This document shows, piece by piece, positions 28,805 through 35,664 of a stretch of 35,664 nt of DNA. Below the pieces are notes generated by a model, which ran no database searches, had not been told where the DNA came from, and saw only the letters and a program-made list of their open reading frames with translations. The translations under genes were made by a program, and so were the position numbers. Every line of letters begins with the position of its first letter. Within the stretch, counting starts at the first letter, position 1. The stretch comes from Sphingomonadales bacterium (lineage in GTDB: Bacteria; Pseudomonadota; Alphaproteobacteria; Sphingomonadales; Sphingomonadaceae), in the NCBI GenBank assembly GCA_031397145.1, contig JANNLW010000182.1:1-35664 (forward strand), read 5' to 3'.

Positions 28805-29473
28805 ATGATGACGAAAACCACCCTGATCGACCGCGCCCTGATCCGCCTGTCCGGAGAGGATGTTCGCGGCTTCCTCCAGGGACTTGTCACGAATGACGTG
28901 CTGGGCGACTTGCCGGTCTGGGCCGGACTGTTGACGCCTCAAGGCAAGGCATTGTTCGATTTCCTGATCTGGGCGGATGGCGCAGATCTGCTGATCGACT
29001 GTGAACGCGACGCTGCTGGCGCACTGGCAAAGCGTCTGGCTATATACAAATTGCGTCGGCCGATCACGATCACGCGTGAGGAAAATCTTTGTGTACACTG
29101 GGCAATCGATAGCGATCAGGGAGTTCCCGACCCACGCTTGGCGGCGCTTGGACGGCGCTGGATTGCGCCCGCGAGTGGCGAAACTGGCGCCGCAGAATTG
29201 TGGCGCGCTCATCGCCTCGCGCTTGGTATCGTCGAAGGCGTGGTCGAACTGGGTATCGACAAGACGCTCTGGCTCGAATGCAATGCTCGCGAACAGAATG
29301 GCGTGAGCTTTACCAAGGGTTGCTATATCGGACAGGAGAACACAGCGCGGATGCATCATCGCGACAAGGTCAATCGCAAGCTGGTCGTCGAACCTGCCGC
29401 TGCAGAAAACCAGAATGTTCGCGCGGTCTATCCCGAACTTGGACTGGCTGTGGTCGTCGCGCGGCCGGGCTAG
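28805..29473 (+). CDS. ygfZ: Folate-binding Fe-S cluster repair protein YgfZ
   Basis: G.D...[20 protein letters not shown], signature KGCYIGQE; start at 28799, 28805 or 28808. Confidence 0.92.
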   Translation: MMTKTTLIDRALIRLSGEDVRGFLQGLVTNDVLGDLPVWAGLLTPQGKALFDFLIWADGADLLIDCERDAAGALAKRLAIYKLRRPITITREENLCVHWAIDSDQGVPDPRLAALGRRWIAPASGETGAAELWRAHRLALGIVEGVVELGIDKTLWLECNAREQNGVSFTKGCYIGQENTARMHHRDKVNRKLVVEPAAAENQNVRAVYPELGLAVVVARPG

Positions 29474-29476
29474 GCC

Positions 29477-30256
29477 TTACTTCCCGCGCTTCTTGCGGTG
29501 GGTTTCGAGATCAAGCACCGCACTTTCTGCACCTTCGGGGAGCAATCCCATTCGTCGCGCCACTTCCTGATAGGCTTCAACTTCACCACCCATGTCCCGG
29601 CGGAAGCGGTCCTTGTCGAGCTTCTCGTTGGTTGCGATATCCCAAAGGCGACAGCCATCCGGGCTGATCTCGTCGGCAAGGATCACGCGCGCGAAGTCGT
29701 TTTCCCAAATCCGTCCGAACTCGAGCTTGAAGTCCACCAGTCGAATGCCGATTCCGGCAAACATGCCCGACATGAAATCGTTGATGCGGATCGCCATGTC
29801 GGAAATATCGTGCATTTCCTCCTGCGTCGCCCAGCCGAAACAGGCGATGTGCTCGTCGGTAATCAAGGGATCGCCGAGCGCATCATCCTTGTAATAATAT
29901 TCAAGGATCGTGCGCGGAAGCTGTTCGCCCTCCTCTATCCCGAGCCGCTTCGAAAGCGAGCCGGCCGCGACGTTGCGCACGACGACTTCGATCGGGATGA
30001 TCTCCACCTGACGCACCAGTTGTTCGCGCATGTTGAGGCGCTTGATGAAGTGATGCGGGATACCGATATGGCCGAGCAGCGTGAAAACATGCTCCGAAAT
30101 GCGGTTGTTGATCACGCCCTTGCCGTTGATCGTGCCCTTTTTCTGGGCATTGAACGCAGTCGCATCATCCTTGAAGTACTGGATCAGCGTGCCCGGCTCG
30201 GGTCCTTCGTAAAGGATCTTGGCCTTGCCTTCGTAAATCTGGCGGCGGCGGTTCAT
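29477..30256 (-). CDS. purC: SAICAR synthetase
   Basis: [60 protein letters not shown]; start at the ATG of MNRRRQ. Confidence 0.98.
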   Translation of the reverse strand: MNRRRQIYEGKAKILYEGPEPGTLIQYFKDDATAFNAQKKGTINGKGVINNRISEHVFTLLGHIGIPHHFIKRLNMREQLVRQVEIIPIEVVVRNVAAGSLSKRLGIEEGEQLPRTILEYYYKDDALGDPLITDEHIACFGWATQEEMHDISDMAIRINDFMSGMFAGIGIRLVDFKLEFGRIWENDFARVILADEISPDGCRLWDIATNEKLDKDRFRRDMGGEVEAYQEVARRMGLLPEGAESAVLDLETHRKKRGK

Positions 30257-30464
30257 GCACGGGCCTTTCAAATGAGCAAAGCCCCGGAAGGCGGTTTTCC
30301 ACAATGGATACCGGGCTGCCGGGGCCTAAGCCCAACATAGGCTAATAACGCTGGCAAGGGCAAGCGCGCTCAAGCACCAATTCATAGATGGAGAACTGGC
30401 ACTCCAACAAATTGTGGTCGCACCTTGAGGGAAGCGCGTGCGCGGACTTGCTGGCAAAGCGGAA

Positions 30465-30635
30465 TCAAAGATCAGTGCATTCGCAATCGGTGCGCTCAAT
30501 TTTCCAAGGTGCGTCAAGGGTCAGCGCGTGGAGCCGATCCAGTCCTTTGATGATGCTGGCAAATAGACCGGCAACACTTTCACTGAACGCTTGACGATTC
30601 TCGGCCCATTCCTTGCTTTCGAAATCATTTTGCAT
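30465..30635 (-). CDS. Small hypothetical protein (56 aa) divergent from LysR
   Basis: GAAAGGA RBS before the ATG at 30635; MQNDFESKEWAENRQAFS...LDAPW... Confidence 0.6.
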   Translation of the reverse strand: MQNDFESKEWAENRQAFSESVAGLFASIIKGLDRLHALTLDAPWKIERTDCECTDL

Positions 30636-30713
30636 GTCTGGAATCCTTTCGTTTTCAATGATTGTCGGATGAAGCTTGCCGGGCCTCAATGCCAACAAAT
30701 CGTTGGACACCAT

Positions 30714-30732
30714 TCATAAGCACACCTTATGA
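30714..30732. promoter_or_regulatory. LysR-type binding site (T-N11-A dyad)
   Basis: TCATAAG-CACAC-CTTATGA has perfect 7-bp arms and contains T(30717)-N11-A(30729); it lies 6 nt before the LysR ATG. Confidence 0.75.
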
Positions 30733-30738
30733 TGATCT

Positions 30739-31665
30739 ATGCGCGCTATTCCACCACTGTCTGCCGTAAGAGTATTTGAATCCGCGGCTCGTCATGGGAA
30801 TTTTACGCGCGCGGCAACCGAGCTTGGTATGACGCAAGCGGCCGTAAGCTATCAGGTGAAATTGTTGGAAGGGCGCTTGGGCACTAACCTCTTCCTGCGC
30901 CACAAAGGCCGCTTGTCACTCACCGAAACTGGCCGCCGGATTGCGCCGCTTGTCAGTGAAAGCTTTGACACGCTTGATCGCGCGTTCCGGTTGGCGCGGG
31001 CTGAAGATGATCGCGTGCTGACAATCAGTACCTTCCAGAGTTTTGCAACCAACTGGCTGGCTGCACGCATTGGCGGCTTTCAGATTGCGCGGCCACATTT
31101 GGCCGTCCGCTTGAGGTCAGACGATCACTATGTCGATTTTGCCTCTGAGGATGTGGATGTCGCTATCCGCAATGGAAGTGGAGCCTGGCCTGGTCTCGCT
31201 GCCCATTTCTTGATGCGTGTGGCCATCCAGCCGCTGGCTAGTCCTGAATTCATTGCGCATAACGCGCCGGTTGAATCCCCGAGCGACGTCATGCGGCTCC
31301 AGCGCTTGAGCCCCGACGATTGGTGGTGGAATCGGTGGCTGACAGAGTCAGGCGGCGTCCCAGACGAGGGGCAAACCGCTCCCGGCATCCGGCTTGATTC
31401 TCAAAATATGGAGGGCAATGCAGCGATCGCCGGACATGGAGTCGCGATCCTCAATGCTTTGATGTGGCAGAATGAGATTGAAAGCGGTCGCCTTGTTCCA
31501 CTTGGCCCATTCGTGGTTGCGAGCCACAGTTTCTGGCTGGCTTATCCCGAACATCGTCGTCATTCTCCAAAGATAAAGGCCTTCCGGACCTGGCTCGACG
31601 AAGTGATCGCGATCGCGGCGAGGGACCAGCCCGCCATATTGTTCAAACAGCCGGACGATCAGTGA
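30739..31665 (+). CDS. LysR-family transcriptional regulator, GcvA/AmpR-like subgroup
   Basis: [41 protein letters not shown]; DVAIR.G.G.WPGL; KIKAFR.WL. Confidence 0.95.
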   Translation: MRAIPPLSAVRVFESAARHGNFTRAATELGMTQAAVSYQVKLLEGRLGTNLFLRHKGRLSLTETGRRIAPLVSESFDTLDRAFRLARAEDDRVLTISTFQSFATNWLAARIGGFQIARPHLAVRLRSDDHYVDFASEDVDVAIRNGSGAWPGLAAHFLMRVAIQPLASPEFIAHNAPVESPSDVMRLQRLSPDDWWWNRWLTESGGVPDEGQTAPGIRLDSQNMEGNAAIAGHGVAILNALMWQNEIESGRLVPLGPFVVASHSFWLAYPEHRRHSPKIKAFRTWLDEVIAIAARDQPAILFKQPDDQ

Positions 31666-31678
31666 AAGTGAGGTTCAG

Positions 31679-32623
31679 ATGAATGACATTGCCAGCATCC
31701 TGACCGCCATATCAGTGGAAATGGACGCTGCGAAGGAGCGCGGCACCGTCGCCAACTATATTCCCAGTCTCGGCAAGGTGGACCCGAAACATTTTGGCAT
31801 TGCGGTTGTCGATGAAGACAATGCGGTTTTTACGGCAGGCGATGCGGATGTCCCATTTTCAATTCAAAGCGTCTCCAAGGTCTTTACCCTGACAATGGCG
31901 CTCCAAAAGCATGGCGACGAGCTATGGAAGCGTGTCGGGCGAGAGCCGTCCGGCTCGGCATTCAACTCGATTGTCCAGCTTGAAAACGAGGGCGGTATCC
32001 CGCGCAATCCGTTCATCAACGCCGGGGCTCTCGTTGTCAGCGATGTCGTTCTTGCCGAAGCCGATGCGCGGTCGGCCATTGGTGATGTGCTCCGCTTCGT
32101 GCGGATGCTGGCGAGCGATGACAGCATTACGATCGACAGTGAGGTCGCCAATTCGGAGGCCGCTACAGGCTTCAGAAATGTTGCGCTGGCCAACTACATG
32201 AAGAGCTTCGGCAATATGGACCCTTATGTGGAAGGCGCCCTCAAGCTCTACTTCCATCAGTGCGCGCTTTCGCTCTCCTGCCGCCAGCTCGCAATGGCTG
32301 GTCGTTACCTGATGCACGATGGCAGGCATCCCGACACGGATGAAGCGATCGTCTCCCCGCTACTCGCCCGGCGGATCAATGCGCTGATGCTGATGTGCGG
32401 CCATTATGACGGTTCGGGCGAGTTTGCCTTCCGCGTAGGCATTCCCGGCAAGTCTGGTGTTGGCGGAGGTATCCTCGCAATCGTACCCGGAAAGGCCAGC
32501 ATCGCGGTCTGGTCGCCCGGGCTCAACACGCGCGGAAACTCCAAACTCGGCACCCGCGCGCTCGAGCGGCTGGCAGAGGCGACCGGCTGGTCGGTGTTCA
32601 TGTCGACGCACAAAAAATTGTAG
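31679..32623 (+). CDS. glsA: Glutaminase
   Basis: VANYIP.L, catalytic [50 protein letters not shown]. Confidence 0.96.
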   Translation: MNDIASILTAISVEMDAAKERGTVANYIPSLGKVDPKHFGIAVVDEDNAVFTAGDADVPFSIQSVSKVFTLTMALQKHGDELWKRVGREPSGSAFNSIVQLENEGGIPRNPFINAGALVVSDVVLAEADARSAIGDVLRFVRMLASDDSITIDSEVANSEAATGFRNVALANYMKSFGNMDPYVEGALKLYFHQCALSLSCRQLAMAGRYLMHDGRHPDTDEAIVSPLLARRINALMLMCGHYDGSGEFAFRVGIPGKSGVGGGILAIVPGKASIAVWSPGLNTRGNSKLGTRALERLAEATGWSVFMSTHKKL

Positions 32624-32667
32624 GCCCTAGTCTTGATTGCGGTTTTCAGGATCAAGAACATCGCCTA

Positions 32668-33741
32668 ATGTCTGCAATTGAAATCGAACGACCGGAGGTT
32701 TCGTCAATGATCATCGAACCGTTCGCCAAGGGTGGGTGCAAATCCTATCTGGTAAGTTGCGAACGGTCTGGTGAATCGATCCTCATCGACCCCGAGATTC
32801 ACTTGATTGAGCGCTACCGAAGCGCGATCGCGCGTGAGGGGCGGTCGCTGTCCTATCTTGTCGATACGCATACCCATGCAGATCATTTCTCGGCAGCGCG
32901 GCAATTGGGCGAAATGCTTGACGTGCCTGTTGTCCTGCATCGATTAAGCCCGGCACCCTTTGCCGACATGCGGCTCGATGACTGCGAAATGCTTGTCGCA
33001 GGGGACGTGCGTCTTGTTGCGATGCATACCCCGGGACATACGCGTGACTCGATGTCGCTCATGGCGGGAGATGCCCTTTTCTCCGGTGATACGCTGCTGA
33101 TCGGCGGCACTGGACGAACTGATTTGCCAACCGGCGACCCCGAAGCACTCTATGACAGCTTGTTCGGACGTTTGCTCAAGCTCGACCGGTCGGTGCGCGT
33201 GTTTCCAGGGCATGATTATCACGATAGGACGGAATCAACGATTGGTGATGAAATCGATAAAAATCCCCGCTTGCAGAAATCGGATCGTACCGAATTTGTG
33301 ACAATGATGCGCGAACTGAACCTTGCGGCGCCCGATCATCTGACTGAAGCACTGCGCACGAACATGAGCGGTGGCATAACGGTTGAGCAATTGCTCGTGA
33401 ATGCGGCCCATACCGTTCCCTTCATGTCGCTTGAGGAACTGCAACTCCAGCTTTCAAAGCGGGCGAATGATTTCATCGTCCTCGATGTGCGGGAGAGGGA
33501 TGCGTTCGAAAAAGGACATATTCCTGACGCGATCCATCTGGCGCGGGGGCAGCTTGAGCTGCGCGTCAACGAATTGTTTCCAAACCCTACAGTGCGTATC
33601 CTGACCTGCTGTGAGTTCGGCAAGATATCCACACTTGCGGCCGCAACGCTGAAGCAGTTGGGCTTCAGGCGCGCGGTCGCGCTTGATGGCGGCATGAAGG
33701 CCTGGAGGGATGCGGGCTTTGCAATCGCATCGGTCAAATAG
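32668..33741 (+). CDS. MBL-fold persulfide dioxygenase (ETHE1-like) fused to a C-terminal rhodanese domain
   Basis: THTHADH, HTPGHT, FSGD.LLI.G.GRTD, PGHDY, NPRL; then LDVRE..F..GHIP.A, Cys loop CEFGKIS, LDGG..AW; an alternative start exists at 32707. Confidence 0.88.
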   Translation: MSAIEIERPEVSSMIIEPFAKGGCKSYLVSCERSGESILIDPEIHLIERYRSAIAREGRSLSYLVDTHTHADHFSAARQLGEMLDVPVVLHRLSPAPFADMRLDDCEMLVAGDVRLVAMHTPGHTRDSMSLMAGDALFSGDTLLIGGTGRTDLPTGDPEALYDSLFGRLLKLDRSVRVFPGHDYHDRTESTIGDEIDKNPRLQKSDRTEFVTMMRELNLAAPDHLTEALRTNMSGGITVEQLLVNAAHTVPFMSLEELQLQLSKRANDFIVLDVRERDAFEKGHIPDAIHLARGQLELRVNELFPNPTVRILTCCEFGKISTLAAATLKQLGFRRAVALDGGMKAWRDAGFAIASVK

Positions 33742-33795
33742 GGTTTCGTCGATCAAGACATTGTCGCACATATACTGATCGCCTAGGGGCGCTGC

Positions 33796-35664
33796 ATGTC
33801 CGAACTCATCGATCCGCCTCTCACCCCCGGCGACGCCACTGATACCCCGTTCGATACCGCGTTGTCCGAGCGCTATCTTGTCTATGCGCTCTCGACGATC
33901 ACCGCGCGTTCATTGCCCGATCTGCGCGATGGGTTGAAGCCGGTGCACCGGCGTTTGCTCTGGGCAATGCGTTTGCTCAAGCTGGACCCGGGTAGTGCAT
34001 ATAAGAAGTCTGCCCGCGTAGTTGGCGACGTCATCGGCAAATATCATCCGCATGGCGACCAGTCGGTTTATGACGCGATGGTACGTCTCGCCCAGAGTTT
34101 CGCCCTTCGCTATCCGCTGGTCGACGGGCAGGGCAATTTCGGCAATATCGATGGCGACAACGCTGCGGCCTATCGCTATACGGAAGCGCGGCTCACGGCG
34201 TCTGCAATCTCGCTGATGGCAGGCCTTGATGACGGTACGGTCGAATTCAAACCCACCTATAACGGAGAGGAAGAGGAGCCGGAGATATTTCCTGGCCTCT
34301 TCCCCAATCTGCTTGCGAATGGTGCGAGCGGAATTGCAGTGGGGATGGCGACGAGCATTCCTCCGCACAATGTCGCGGAAATCATCGATGCCGCGACGCT
34401 CCTGATCGAGAATCCCGGCGTGGAGGATGCGGCACTTCTCGAGTTCGTCAAGGGCCCCGACTTGCCGACCGGCGGCCAGATCATCGATAGCGCTGCGTCC
34501 ATTGCGGAAGCCTATGCCACCGGCAGGGGATCTTTTCGCGTCCGCTCGCGCTGGCACGTCGAGGATCTTGGGCGCGGAACCTGGGTCGCGGTCATCACCG
34601 AAATTCCGTATCAGGTCCAGAAGGGCAAGCTGATCGAGGCAATTGCGGCGATCATCAACGACAAAAAGCTGCCGATCCTGGCCGACGTCCGCGATGAGTC
34701 CGATGAGGCAATCCGAATCATCATCGAGCCGAAGAGCCGCGCAGTAGACGCCGACGTGCTGATGGAAAGCCTGTTCAAACTCTCCGAGCTTGAAGTCCGT
34801 GTATCGCTCAACATGAATGTGCTCGATGCCGATCGTACACCGCGCGTGCTGTCGCTCAAGGATGTGTTGATCCGCTGGATCCGCCACCAGATCGAAGTGC
34901 TGGTCAAGTGCGCGCAGCACCGGCTTGGCAAGATCGATGACCGGATCGAACTGCTCGACGGATACCTGATTGCCTATCTCAACCTTGACCGGGTGATCGA
35001 GATCATCCGCACCGAGGATGAACCAAAACCGCTCATGATTGCGGAGTTTGGCCTAAACGATCGGCAGGCTGAAGCGATTCTCAATATGCGGTTGCGTTCG
35101 TTGCGCCGCCTTGAGGAATTCGAGATCAAGACCGAGAGGGGCAAGCTCGCCGATGAACGCGAAGGGCTGGTCTTGCTGATCGAAAGCCCTACGCGCCAGA
35201 AGACCAAGCTCAGGAAGGATCTTGCGGCGCTCCGCGTCACTTATGGTCCGGACACGGAAATCGGCAAGCGTCGCACCTTGGTTGCCGAAGCAGCGCCGGC
35301 CAAGGATATCCCGCTCGAAGCAATGATCGAGCGGGAACCGATCACGGTAATCATGTCGCTCCGTGGCTGGGTGCGCGCGATGAAAGGCCATGTCGCACTC
35401 GATGCTGCCGAGGCTTTGAAGTTCAAGGACGGGGACGGCGCTGCCTTCGCGTTCCACGCCCAGACGACCGACAAGATCCTGCTCGCGGCTGAGGATGGCC
35501 GCTTCTTTACACTTGCCGCAGATAAACTCCCCGGCGGGCGTGGTTTTGGCGAACCCGTGCGACTGATGATCGACTTGCCAGACGGGATCGGTATTGTGAA
35601 CCTGTTCCCGGCGAAGACCGAACAGCGGATCCTGCACGCCGCGTCGGATGGCAAGGGCTTTATC
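33796..35664 (+). CDS. parC: DNA topoisomerase IV subunit A (3' end outside window)
   Basis: [53 protein letters not shown]; the frame is still consistent at the window end (ASDGKGFI). Not in the ORF track because no stop codon is reached. Confidence 0.96.
   Translation, partial: MSELIDPPLTPGDATDTPFDTALSERYLVYALSTITARSLPDLRDGLKPVHRRLLWAMRLLKLDPGSAYKKSARVVGDVIGKYHPHGDQSVYDAMVRLAQSFALRYPLVDGQGNFGNIDGDNAAAYRYTEARLTASAISLMAGLDDGTVEFKPTYNGEEEEPEIFPGLFPNLLANGASGIAVGMATSIPPHNVAEIIDAATLLIENPGVEDAALLEFVKGPDLPTGGQIIDSAASIAEAYATGRGSFRVRSRWHVEDLGRGTWVAVITEIPYQVQKGKLIEAIAAIINDKKLPILADVRDESDEAIRIIIEPKSRAVDADVLMESLFKLSELEVRVSLNMNVLDADRTPRVLSLKDVLIRWIRHQIEVLVKCAQHRLGKIDDRIELLDGYLIAYLNLDRVIEIIRTEDEPKPLMIAEFGLNDRQAEAILNMRLRSLRRLEEFEIKTERGKLADEREGLVLLIESPTRQKTKLRKDLAALRVTYGPDTEIGKRRTLVAEAAPAKDIPLEAMIEREPITVIMSLRGWVRAMKGHVALDAAEALKFKDGDGAAFAFHAQTTDKILLAAEDGRFFTLAADKLPGGRGFGEPVRLMIDLPDGIGIVNLFPAKTEQRILHAASDGKGFI

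Noticed and set aside
32631-32657. TCTTGAT...ATCAAGA inverted repeat as an FNR/FixK box
   Set aside because: The spacer is 13 nt, not the required 4. The short GATCAAGA match at 33751 is too weak to call a target-site duplication.

Overview
Mostly core-genome DNA (about 60% GC) of an alphaproteobacterium, most likely Sphingomonadales. Gene order: 3' part of glyS, ppdK, a DUF1214/DUF1254 pair, a Tad/Cpa pilus cluster (cpaA-B-C-D-E, tadB, tadC; no pilin or ATPase), a lysophospholipase-like hydrolase, a DAO-family oxidoreductase, a small YegP/DUF1508 gene missed by the ORF track, rnhA, thrB, ydbH-ynbE-ydbL, an acyl-CoA dehydrogenase with a LiuR-type operator, a TonB-dependent receptor plus a small exported protein, DUF885, rlmB, a lipoprotein, pyrC, ygfZ, purC, a small ORF divergent from a LysR regulator, glutaminase, a persulfide dioxygenase-rhodanese fusion and the 5' part of parC. 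I found no tRNA, rRNA, CRISPR array, transposase or prophage. The most unusual locus is glyS. This normally essential gene has an in-frame TAG (590-592), followed 7 nt later by a 135-bp, frame-preserving palindromic element with 23-bp terminal inverted repeats, and a low-GC, rare-codon segment lies upstream. Readthrough, a split enzyme and a single-base error or mutation cannot be told apart from this sequence alone. All family calls come from motif recognition, not database searches.
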